Source: an uncultured Bacteroidia bacterium (GTDB lineage Bacteria; Bacteroidota; Bacteroidia; Bacteroidales; Prolixibacteraceae). From it: a stretch of 64,000 bases of DNA. Below are positions 47,551-56,996 of the stretch, piece by piece; position 1 is the stretch's first letter, and every line of letters starts with the position of its first letter. Position numbers and translations under genes: made by a program. The notes below the pieces were generated by a model. It worked only from the letters and a program-made list of their open reading frames with translations. It was not told the origin of the DNA and ran no database searches. The DNA lies in the NCBI GenBank assembly GCA_903834845.1, contig CAILKW010000142.1:18-64017 (forward strand), given 5' to 3'.

Positions 47551-48767
47551 ATGAAGTTCAACCCATTCAGACCAAATAGTATTGCCTCAGCCGATCTTTT
47601 TCAAGGTAGGAAGGAATAAATGCTGATAATCGAACAGAGACTGTTCCAAACAAAGAATGGTAATCCTCAACATTTTTTAATAGAAGGCGAACGTGGTTTG
47701 GGAAAATCATCACTTTTTCTAATGGTTGAGAAACAAGCAACTGGCAAAATTCCACTACGAAACTCAGAAAAAGTAAACTTCGTTGTAATCAATATTGAAC
47801 TTGATTCCACCCAATCCTTTTTTGAAATATTAAAAGCAATTGCTGTAGATTTCAAACGTGCCCTGTCCGAAAGAGATAGAATAAAAACTCTTGCATCGGG
47901 GGTTTGGGTTTTTTGAGCAATTGGGAGATACTTGGCGTTCGATATCACAAGTTTGATGAGAACCTAATCCAACCTTATGAAATATTGATTGAGTTGGTAT
48001 TGAATTTTGAAAAAGTAGTTAAACTAATCAAAAACGAAATTGATGGTATCCTAATTCTCATTGATGAAGCAGACCGCCCCAGTGAGAAATCCTCCCTTGG
48101 CGAAATAGTGAAATTATTAACCGAAAAACTTTCAAAAAGAGGATGCGACCAAGTTGCAATTGGGATGACCGGCCAACCAGGATTGATAGCAAAACTTAAG
48201 GCAAGCCACGAATCGGCATCCCGCATTTTTACTGAACTTACACTTAAACCCTTAAGTGACGAGGAAAATAAGGCAGTAGTTATGAGCGGATTAACAAAAG
48301 CAAATCTGATAAATAAAGAGCAAGCAATGATTGATAATGATGCTTTTGATTTAATATCACAGTTGTCTGAAGGTTATCCCCACTTTTTGCAGGAATTTTC
48401 ATATAAAGCATTTGAAAAGGATAACGATTACCGGATTTGTGCCGAAGATGTAATAGATGGCGCATTTGGTGTTAATGGAGCACTCAACCAGTTGGGGAAT
48501 AAATATTTTAACGAATTGTATTTCACACAAATTGGTTCAGATGAGTACAGAAGAGTATTACAAGCTATGGCCAACTTTTCTGACTCATGGGTCAATAGGG
48601 ATAAAATAAAAAGTGAAATTACGATTAAAGACACTACCCTGAATAATGCTCTGCAAGCACTGAAAACGCGCAATATCATTATTCCGAATCCAGGACAGCA
48701 GGGTGAATTCAGATTACCAACCAAGTCATTTGCCGCTTGGATAAAAGCATTTTATATGTTAGACTAA
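47551..48767 (+). pseudogene. P-loop NTPase (AAA_22/ORC-like ATP-binding protein) with a nonsense codon and a frameshift
   Basis: MKFNPFRPNSIASADLFQGRKE then TAA at 47617-47619, then in frame LIIEQRLFQTKNGNPQHFLIEGERGLGKSSL (Walker A). A frame change near 47904-47916 leads into ORF 47904..48767, which has ILILIDEADR (Walker B). Confidence 0.7.
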
Positions 48768-48975
48768 GAACCTTTTAACAGCACAGATCACAAATATTAA
48801 ACTAACATGTTTACCGTAATAGGTTATAAGATCTAATTTACAATCATGCCAAATACCTATAATTTCTGTAATAGCAACGACTCAATGTTTAAATATGTAG
48901 AAGAGTTTAGCAGCTTTGAAAATGTAGTTGCAATAGAAATTGTAAAGCAAGAATATGCGATTCAGCATTGTTTTT

Positions 48976-50202
48976 ATGTCTAACATTTTCCAAATCTGTG
49001 TCGAAGGGAATACCGGTTCAACCGGTAGGATTGCAGAAGAAATTGGAATTTCAGCAATGCAGCAAGGTTGGGAAAGCTATATTGCATTCGGTAGGTTTCC
49101 ACGTCCAAGTAAGTCCAAAACCATACGGATTGGATCCGATTTGGCGGTATTCTGTCATGGTTTGGAAACCCGCTTTTTTGACCGGCATTGTCTGGGATCA
49201 AAAACAGCTACAATAAGACTTGTCAAACAGATTGAATCAATTAAACCCGATATCATCCACCTGCACCATTTGCATGGATACTACATTAATATCGAAATAT
49301 TATTTAATTACTTAGCAAAAGCAGCTATTTCTGTCGTCTGGACTTTTCACGATTGTTGGTCAATTACAGGTCATTGTGCCCATTTTGATTATATCGGATG
49401 TGACAAATGGAAAACCGAATGTAATCATTGTCCCCAAACAAAAGAGTATCCTGCAAGCTTATGGTTCGACCGGTCAACAAAGAATTATCGCCTGAAGAAA
49501 AAACTTTTTACTTCCGTTCAAAATATGGTGATCGTTACACCATCCCATTGGTTAGCAAATATTGTCAAGGAATCTTTTATGCAAAGTATTCCGGTTCAGA
49601 TAATTCACAACGGTATCGATACTTCAGTTTTTAAACCACAAATTAACCATCGAGAAACAAGAGAAAAATACCACATTGGTGAAAGGTTTGTGATTTTGGG
49701 GGTTGCTAATCCATGGACACAGAAGAAAGGTTTTGATGATTTTATTGCTTTAAGTAAGCTATTATCTAAAGATGATGTTATAGTTTTGGTAGGATTGGAT
49801 AAGTCTCAAATAAAACAATTACCAAAGAACATCATCGGTCTAACCAAAACAGAAAACAGACAAGAATTGGTGGATTTGTATTCGGCTGCCGACCTGTTTG
49901 TTAATCCAACCTGGGAAGATAATTTTCCAACAACCAATATCGAGTCATTGGCTTGTGGAACACCTGTGGTAACCTATCGCACCGGTGGAAGTATTGAGGC
50001 GGTTTCACCGGAAACAGGATTTATTGTGGATAAAGGAGATATTAACAGTCTTGTTGAAATCGTCAGAAGTGTTAAAGTAACTGGTAAGCTTGCCTACACA
50101 GCATCATGCCGAAAACGGGCAGTTGATTTTTTTTCGAAAAATGACCGTTTTGCGGAATACATGGTTTTGTATGAAAACCTGCTCAGACAAAAAAATGGTT
50201 AG
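48976..50202 (+). CDS. Family 4 glycosyltransferase (intact copy)
   Basis: N-terminus ICVEGNTGSTGRIAEEIG. C-terminal GT-B motif NPTWEDNFPTTNIESLACGTPVVTYRTGGSIE (EX7E-like). Start at ATG 48976. Confidence 0.8.
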   Translation: MSNIFQICVEGNTGSTGRIAEEIGISAMQQGWESYIAFGRFPRPSKSKTIRIGSDLAVFCHGLETRFFDRHCLGSKTATIRLVKQIESIKPDIIHLHHLHGYYINIEILFNYLAKAAISVVWTFHDCWSITGHCAHFDYIGCDKWKTECNHCPQTKEYPASLWFDRSTKNYRLKKKLFTSVQNMVIVTPSHWLANIVKESFMQSIPVQIIHNGIDTSVFKPQINHRETREKYHIGERFVILGVANPWTQKKGFDDFIALSKLLSKDDVIVLVGLDKSQIKQLPKNIIGLTKTENRQELVDLYSAADLFVNPTWEDNFPTTNIESLACGTPVVTYRTGGSIEAVSPETGFIVDKGDINSLVEIVRSVKVTGKLAYTASCRKRAVDFFSKNDRFAEYMVLYENLLRQKNG

Positions 50203-50242
50203 ATATTAAAAAAAAATGTTGATTAAAAATTGAAGGAAAAAC

Positions 50243-51385
50243 ATGAAAAACAGTAATTTCATTGAAATTATTCAACAAGGTGAAAATTCAGCCATCGAAT
50301 TTAAGTCGGCAGATGTTAAAACTGATAGTTTGGCGAAAGAGATAATTGCTTTTGCCAATATGAATGGTGGAATCATCCTGATTGGAATTGAAGATGATAG
50401 GACGATTAGCGGTGTTTCAAAAGAAAAAAACTGGGAGGAGTGGACGATGAATATTGCACGCAACAATATAAATCCACCATTAAATATTGGTTTCGAATAT
50501 ATTGAATTGAAGGAGAAAATAATTGCAATCATTACGGTTGATAAAGGAAAAAATAAGCCATACCAAACCATTGATGGCAAATATTATATCAGGATTGGTT
50601 CTACAAATCGAATAGCTTCCATTGCCGAATTAATGCGCCTGTTTCAGGAAAGTGGTGCGTTTAATTATGATTTGTTCAAGGTAGAAAAATCGAAAATTTC
50701 AGATTTAAACTCTAATAAATTAGATACTTATTTCAGTAAATATGGTGTGGACTTCAGCTTGGATAAGGATAAAGAAAAATTGCTGGTGAATACAGATATT
50801 ATGACAGAAGAGGGCAACCTGACAGTAGGTGGGCTTCTTATTTTTGGAATAAATCCACAACGATATTTATACAATTCATACATTGTATTTGCTCATTTTA
50901 ATGGAAATATAATTTCTGATGAATTAATTGATAAGCAGAATATTGAAGGCACAATTGATATGCAGGTTGATTTAGCGGTATCAGTGATAAAAAATAACCT
51001 GCTTACACCTTCAAAAATTATTGGATTAAAAAGAGAACATAGTAAGCATTTATATGAAGATAAGGTATTTCGTGAAATTGTGTTAAATGCTGTTGTACAC
51101 CGTAATTATGCCATTTTGGGCAGCTCAATACGTATATTTTTATTTAGTGATAGATTAGAAGTAATTAGTCCTGGAAAATTGCCAAACACCGTAACCCTCG
51201 AAAAAATAAAAGCGGGTGTTTCGTATTCGCGAAATTCAGTAATTCTAAAATATTTAGAAAACCTAAGATATATTGATAAGCTTGGTAGGGGCATACCAAT
51301 GATCATAAATGAAACAAAAAAAGCCAATAAGAATGTAATTTTTGAAGAAATTGGCGAAGAATTTAAAGTTACTCTGGAGTTGTGA
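50243..51385 (+). CDS. AlbA_2 (Schlafen-type) + ATPase-like domain protein
   Basis: GENSAIEFKSAD ... AFANMNGGIILIGIEDD. 380 aa. Mosaic paralogue of 56997..58145. Confidence 0.7.
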   Translation: MKNSNFIEIIQQGENSAIEFKSADVKTDSLAKEIIAFANMNGGIILIGIEDDRTISGVSKEKNWEEWTMNIARNNINPPLNIGFEYIELKEKIIAIITVDKGKNKPYQTIDGKYYIRIGSTNRIASIAELMRLFQESGAFNYDLFKVEKSKISDLNSNKLDTYFSKYGVDFSLDKDKEKLLVNTDIMTEEGNLTVGGLLIFGINPQRYLYNSYIVFAHFNGNIISDELIDKQNIEGTIDMQVDLAVSVIKNNLLTPSKIIGLKREHSKHLYEDKVFREIVLNAVVHRNYAILGSSIRIFLFSDRLEVISPGKLPNTVTLEKIKAGVSYSRNSVILKYLENLRYIDKLGRGIPMIINETKKANKNVIFEEIGEEFKVTLEL

Positions 51386-51425
51386 AGTTAATTATTAAAA
51401 AAATAGTGCAGAAAAAAAACAAAAA

Positions 51426-52667
51426 ATGCCTATACTATTTCAAATCAACGTAGTACGAAATACCCGATCAACAGGGACGATAGCTGAGGAGATTGGCCGA
51501 CTTGCTATTGAACATGGTTGGGAAAGCTATATAGCACATGGCCGTTATACAGTGAAATGTGATTCCCAAATCATTAAAATAGGAACTGAGTTATCTGTTA
51601 TTTTGCATGGCCTTCAAACCCGGCTTTTTGACCGGCACGGTTTAGGTTCCCGTAGGGCAACTATAAAATTAATCGAACAAATTAAAACCATTAAGCCAGA
51701 TGTTATCCATTTACATAACATACATGGCTATTATATTAATATCGAAGTTTTATTTAACTTTCTTGCAATTTCCTCAATCCCTATTATTTGGACACTACAT
51801 GATTGTTGGTTGATGACTGGCCATTGTGCCCATTTCGAATATGTAAAATGTGATAAATGGAAAACTGAATGTAATAATTGTCCCCAATTGGGCGAATATC
51901 CCAAAAGTTTATTTGTGGACAGGTCAACTAAAAATTTCTATCTGAAAAAGACCTTGTTTACATCGGTATCAAATATGGTTCTTGTACCTGTATCAAATTG
52001 GCTTAAAAATCTGGCAAAAGAATCTTTTATGGGTAGTTTCCCTATAAAAACCATTTATAATGGATTAGATATTTCTATATTTAAACCACAAAATAACAAC
52101 GAAAACACAAGAACGAAATATGGGATTGGCAATCGTCTGATGATTTTAGGGGTAGCAATGCCTTGGACAAAGAAAAAAGGGCTTTATGATTTTGCCCAGT
52201 TAAGTAAACGGATAAAGTTGGATGAAGTGATTGTTTTAGTGGGATTAAGCGATAGGCAAATAAAAGAATTACCTAAAGAGATTATTGGTTTGCCTAAAAC
52301 AAATAATCATCAGGAATTAACAGATCTTTATTCGGCTTCCGATCTGTTCGTGAATCCAACCTGGGAAGATAATTTCCCGACCACCAATATTGAGGCTTTG
52401 GCGTGTGGGACACCTATAGTTACCTATCGGACTGGTGGAAGTATTGAAGCTGTTTCGCCTGAAACAGGTTTTATCGTCGAAAAAAGAGATATTGATGGAC
52501 TGTTAAAAGTGATCGCAACCATCAAGAAAAACGGCAAATCGTTTTATTCGGATGCCTGCCGTAACCGCGCAATAAAATACTATAATAAAAATGAACGTTT
52601 CGCCGAATATATCGAATTATATGAAAGGCGTTTAGAAAAAAAGATTGTAAAAGGGCCAGCAGATGTA
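51426..52667 (+). CDS. Family 4 glycosyltransferase module (third paralogue) lacking a stop codon
   Basis: Colinear with 48976..50202 to ..ERFAEYIELYERRLEKK, then reads through a CT-rich spacer into the next gene. It is part of the composite ORF 51426..53903. Confidence 0.75.
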
Positions 52668-52748
52668 GATTTGTCTCCCCCTCCCACTCTCCCCCCCTCT
52701 CTCCCTCTCTCCCACTCCCCTTCTCAACCCCTAAAAATCAAAACATTT

Positions 52749-53903
52749 ATGACAACACACTACAAACCAAAGGCAACTTACAGAATCTGCACCAACTGTA
52801 TAATGGATACCTCTGATCCCAACATCACCTTTGATGAACGTGGGTGGTGCGACTATTGCAGAAATTATTACAAAAACATTGTACCCTACTGGCATCCCAA
52901 TGAACAAGGGATGAAGGAATTGCAACCCTTGATTGATAAAATTAAAAGGGATGGTAAGGGCAAACCGCATGATTGTTTGATCGGCCTGAGCGGCGGTGTG
53001 GACAGCTCGTATGTTGTCTGGTTGGCAAAGGAAAAATTCGGGCTGCGACCCATGCTGTTCCATGTCGATGCCGGATGGAATTCACAGGAGGCAGTTAACA
53101 ACATTGAGAAATTAGTTGATGGGCTTGGGCTCGACTTATATACGGAGGTCGTTAACTGGGAGGAGATGAAAGACTTGCAATTGGCATTTTTTAAAGCGCA
53201 GGTTCCCCATATCGATACCCCACAGGATCATGCTTTCTTCGCAGGGCTCTATAACTTTGCGGCCGAACACAAACAAAAATATATTTTTACAGGTGCTAAC
53301 TATTCAACTGAATGTGTACGCGAACCACTCGAATGGCATTACCATGCCTCAGACCTGGTCCAATTACAAGATATCCACCGGAAATTTGGGACACGGCCTC
53401 TCAAATCATTTCCATTAGCCGATATCTTTAAATTCAAAATATATTATCGGTTTATCAAAGGAGTACAAGTCGTTAAGCCATTAAATCATGTCCATTACAT
53501 CAAAGAGGAGGCAATGAATATGTTGGTGGAGCGTTTTGGTTGGCAAAAATATGCGCACAAACATTACGAATCGCGCTTTACCCGCTTTTATGAAGGGTAT
53601 TGGTTGCCCACAAAATTTGGTTATCAGAAACACCGTGCCCACTATTCGAGCCTGATCCTCACGGGTCAAATGACACGCGATGAAGCCCTTGACCTGATTT
53701 CCAAGCCGGCATACGACCCCGAAACCATTGCACAAGATTTTGAGTACATTGCCAAAAAACTGGAGATCTCCGTCCAGGAATTGCAGGAATTGATGGATGG
53801 TGAGAACAAGACCTATCGTGATTATAAATCCAGAATGCCACTCATTAATCTGGGAACAAAAATATTAACTCTGTTTGGAATACAAAAATCTATCATACGA
53901 TAA
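52749..53903 (+). CDS. wbuX: N-acetyl sugar amidotransferase (WbuX/PseA type, PP-loop)
   Basis: From ATG 52749. Zn-ribbon-like CTNCIMDTS..CDYCRNY and PP-loop GLSGGVDSS. About 384 aa, the normal size for the family. Confidence 0.8.
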   Translation: MTTHYKPKATYRICTNCIMDTSDPNITFDERGWCDYCRNYYKNIVPYWHPNEQGMKELQPLIDKIKRDGKGKPHDCLIGLSGGVDSSYVVWLAKEKFGLRPMLFHVDAGWNSQEAVNNIEKLVDGLGLDLYTEVVNWEEMKDLQLAFFKAQVPHIDTPQDHAFFAGLYNFAAEHKQKYIFTGANYSTECVREPLEWHYHASDLVQLQDIHRKFGTRPLKSFPLADIFKFKIYYRFIKGVQVVKPLNHVHYIKEEAMNMLVERFGWQKYAHKHYESRFTRFYEGYWLPTKFGYQKHRAHYSSLILTGQMTRDEALDLISKPAYDPETIAQDFEYIAKKLEISVQELQELMDGENKTYRDYKSRMPLINLGTKILTLFGIQKSIIR

Positions 53904-53937
53904 TGTCTTTAACCCACTCATGCTTTTACATTTTTTT

Positions 53938-53945
53938 TATTTTTG
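53938..53945 (+). promoter_or_regulatory. Bacteroidota -7 promoter-like motif TAnnTTTG
   Basis: TATTTTTG lies about 26 nt upstream of ATG 53971. Weak evidence in AT-rich DNA. Confidence 0.25.
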
Positions 53946-53970
53946 CATTTTAAATCAAAAACAAAATGTC

Positions 53971-54168
53971 ATGAACACAAATGAGCACGAACAATATTTG
54001 AGCGAATTTAAATCTTATTTACTCGACGTGGTATCAACCCACAAGAAAGCTCAAGATTTTTTGATACGCTCTGGCATCAACACAAAATCAGGTAAATTGT
54101 CTAAACAATATTCACCTTCCCCAACTAAAAAAAGTCAAAGTACATGTATTCCAAAAGAACCGGCTTAA
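53971..54168 (+). CDS. Small (65 aa) protein overlapping the start of the DUF3990-like gene, antitoxin-like position
   Basis: MNTNEHEQYLSEFKSYLLDVVSTHKKAQDFLIRSGI.. is helical with a basic tail. Its 3' end overlaps ORF 54144 by 25 nt. Confidence 0.4.
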   Translation: MNTNEHEQYLSEFKSYLLDVVSTHKKAQDFLIRSGINTKSGKLSKQYSPSPTKKSQSTCIPKEPA

Positions 54169-54764
54169 TTTTGGGTTTTCATGGTTGCGACCAAACAGTA
54201 AGGGATGCCATTGTTTCGATGGAAGGAGGTAAGCTTCTTCCAAGCAGTAATAATTACGACTGGTTGGGTCATGGTGTTTATTTTTGGGAGAACAATTATA
54301 AAAGAGCACTCGAATTTGCAAAATTTCTAATGCAAAACACACCACATAATTCTAAACAGCGGATTAAAATACCATCGGTTGTTGGAGCAGTTATTGATTT
54401 GGGATATTGTTTGGATTTACTCGATTCTGAATATTTGAACCTCCTTAAAGCAGGCTATTATTCATTGAAAGAGACACATGTAAAATATGATTTAGAAATC
54501 CCAAAAAACTTGTCTTTGTTTAAAGATGGTGATTTATTAAAAAGACATCTCGATTGTGCTGTTGTAGAAACGATCCATCAGTTTAATATAGACACCAATA
54601 AACACGAATTCGATTCTGTTCGTGGAGTTTTTTTTGAAGGAGACGATTTGTATGAAAATGCAGGGTTTAAAGAAAAGAATCATATTCAAATTGCAAAAAA
54701 TCCGAATTGTATTAAGGGTTATTTTATACCTCGTAAATTAGATACAAAATATCCAAAGCCATAA
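54144..54764 (+). CDS. Distant DUF3990-like protein
   Basis: Shares LILGFHGC, DWLGHGVYFWENNYKRALEFA, FDSVRGVF and NHIQIA with LYHGG, DFGKGFYTTRNRDQSEKWA, FDIVIGAV and DQISF of 56132..56620. Confidence 0.5.
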   Translation: MYSKRTGLILGFHGCDQTVRDAIVSMEGGKLLPSSNNYDWLGHGVYFWENNYKRALEFAKFLMQNTPHNSKQRIKIPSVVGAVIDLGYCLDLLDSEYLNLLKAGYYSLKETHVKYDLEIPKNLSLFKDGDLLKRHLDCAVVETIHQFNIDTNKHEFDSVRGVFFEGDDLYENAGFKEKNHIQIAKNPNCIKGYFIPRKLDTKYPKP

Positions 54765-54794
54765 TTGTCCTTATCCATCTTAAATATTCAAATT

Positions 54795-55409
54795 ATGATC
54801 GCAATAATAGATTATGGGTTAGGTAATATAAAAGCTTTTGCCAATGTGCATAAACAGCAAAACATTCCGGCCACCATTGCACAGTTTCCGTATCAATTGA
54901 GGGAAGCAGATAAAATTATCCTGCCTGGAGTTGGTTCTTTTGATTATGCCATGCAGCGGCTCAATAGTTCCGGAATGCGCGAAACGCTTGATGATTTGGT
55001 ATTAAATAACCAAATACCGATTTTAGGGATCTGCGTGGGCATGCAGATGTTGGCCAAAACGAGTGAAGAAGGAGAGCTTCCGGGATTGGGATGGATCGAT
55101 GGGGTTGTCAAACGATTCGATCCGGCAACATTTAAAGATCCCGCATGTATCCCACACATGGGCTGGAACGATGTTAACCCAACGGGAAATTCGCTACTTA
55201 TGCAAAATCTTGAACAAAATGCAAGGTTTTATTTTCTTCATTCCTACTACTTTAGTTGCAACAACCCCGAAGATACAATCGCTGTCACCGATTACGGTAT
55301 TCAGTTTTCGAGTGCTGTTTGCCATCAAAACATTTACGGTGTTCAGTTTCATCCTGAGAAAAGCCATCAGTGGGGAATGCAGTTGCTCAGGAACTTTGCC
55401 TTACTTTAA
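54795..55409 (+). CDS. hisH: Glutamine amidotransferase, HisH paralogue of glycan loci (WbuY-like)
   Basis: MIAIIDYGLGNIKAF, GICVGMQML (nucleophile Cys) and GVQFHPEKS. Start at ATG 54795. Confidence 0.85.
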   Translation: MIAIIDYGLGNIKAFANVHKQQNIPATIAQFPYQLREADKIILPGVGSFDYAMQRLNSSGMRETLDDLVLNNQIPILGICVGMQMLAKTSEEGELPGLGWIDGVVKRFDPATFKDPACIPHMGWNDVNPTGNSLLMQNLEQNARFYFLHSYYFSCNNPEDTIAVTDYGIQFSSAVCHQNIYGVQFHPEKSHQWGMQLLRNFALL

Positions 55410-55675
55410 TGCAAAAGTGCGGTAGCACTGATAACCCCTTGAACACTGATAACATTTGGGAACACGGATGACAAGGATATTACGGGTTTAATAATTCTTA
55501 TCTGTGTAAATCTGTTCAACCCCCCGAGGGTTCCCGAAAATCGGGACAGGCAGGGGCAGGCTGTGTAGTCTCCCGATGCTCGGGACAAGTTGTGTTCCAA
55601 AAATGTAATCTATGTTCTAATCAGTCATCACTGTTCTAAAAAAATCCGATATTTTCGTGTTGAAATCCAAAAGCT

Positions 55676-55915
55676 ATGGACAATAATGTTTTCAAATCTA
55701 TACTTCCATTTAAGATACAGGATTTAATATCGATTATTAAGGATCGGAAGCATTTGAATTTTACGGAAGCGCTTCATTATCTTTATGAATCTAAACTTTA
55801 CAATGCTTTTTCAATAGAGGATACTAAACTTTGGCACCTAAGTTCAGAAAAACTTTTTGATATGCTTGAGAACGAGAAACTAACAAAAGAAATCATTTTC
55901 CCTGACTACGTATAA
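55676..55915 (+). CDS. Small helical protein, first of a DUF3791-like pair
   Basis: 79 aa, immediately upstream (3-nt gaps) of a DUF3791-like and a DUF3990 gene. Weak resemblance only. Confidence 0.4.
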   Translation: MDNNVFKSILPFKIQDLISIIKDRKHLNFTEALHYLYESKLYNAFSIEDTKLWHLSSEKLFDMLENEKLTKEIIFPDYV

Positions 55916-55918
55916 AAG

Positions 55919-56128
55919 ATGATCAAACTCAATAAAATAGAGCAGTTTCAGCTATTTTGTCTCGAATATTATAAGAATCAGATTAGTATTTCGGGCAAAA
56001 TGGCTTTGGATGTTTTTGAATCAAAAGGTGTCTTTAATTTTCTTGAAATGGGCTATGAAATATTGCATACACAAAGTATTAAGTATGTTGTTGACGAAAT
56101 TATCCTTTTCATTAAAAACAGATCGTAA
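55919..56128 (+). CDS. DUF3791-like protein
   Basis: QLFCLEYYKNQISISGKMALDVFESKGVFNFLEMGYEILHTQSIKYVVDEI matches my recollection of DUF3791 (..y.iLHt.s..y.v.di). Confidence 0.55.
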   Translation: MIKLNKIEQFQLFCLEYYKNQISISGKMALDVFESKGVFNFLEMGYEILHTQSIKYVVDEIILFIKNRS

Positions 56129-56131
56129 TTA

Positions 56132-56620
56132 ATGAACCTATACCATGGTGGCTTAAATGTGGTTGAATTTCCGGTTATACAGGATTCTCAAAGATTGTTG
56201 GACTTCGGTAAAGGGTTCTATACCACAAGAAATCGGGATCAGTCTGAAAAATGGGCTATAATCAAGCAAAACAGGGAAGACAATAAGCCTAAACCTATCG
56301 TTACCGTGTATAAAATAGACGAGGATATACTTAAAAACGAGACTTTTAATGTGAAGATGTTTGCAAAAGCAGATGAACAATGGTTGGATTTTATCTTTTC
56401 TAACAGAATGGGATTAAATGTTCACACTTTTGATATTGTCATTGGTGCTGTTGCCAATGATACACTATATTCAACACTTGTTTTATATGAATCCGGAGTG
56501 CTTTCAAAAATTGAAACCATCAGAAGACTTAAAACCCATAAACTCTTTGACCAAATCTCGTTTCATAATCAAACAGTTCTAAAAAAACTTCAATTCATTG
56601 AAAGCTATGTGGTTAAATAA
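56132..56620 (+). CDS. DUF3990 protein
   Basis: MNLYHGGLN..DFGKGFYTTRNRDQSEKWA... at 162 aa. Canonical DUF3990 N-terminus and the usual DUF3791 neighbourhood. Confidence 0.65.
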   Translation: MNLYHGGLNVVEFPVIQDSQRLLDFGKGFYTTRNRDQSEKWAIIKQNREDNKPKPIVTVYKIDEDILKNETFNVKMFAKADEQWLDFIFSNRMGLNVHTFDIVIGAVANDTLYSTLVLYESGVLSKIETIRRLKTHKLFDQISFHNQTVLKKLQFIESYVVK

Positions 56621-56996
56621 ATTTTCAGAAACACGGATGGAACTGATGTTACAGCCTGCCTCGTTTTTTCGGGAGATGATACAGATGGACGCAGTTTTAA
56701 TTTAGGAATACTTTATTAATCCGTGGAATCCTGTTTAATTTGTGTAATCTTTACTCCGAAAAAAAACATGAACTCTGTATTCCGAAAAAAAATCCTTACA
56801 TTTATCCACTACAACAGCAAATGAAGAAGTTGAATAACTGGTTGCAGCAATAAATAGTTTAAATAATTTCAAATACTTGATATAAATGAAACGAGCCATG
56901 AACAGCAATTCTCGTAAAGCAGGATGATTTTCATGGCGAGTTCCCCCGAAGGATCGGGGCTGGCTATGTGGCCATTAAAAAATAAATTATAAACAC

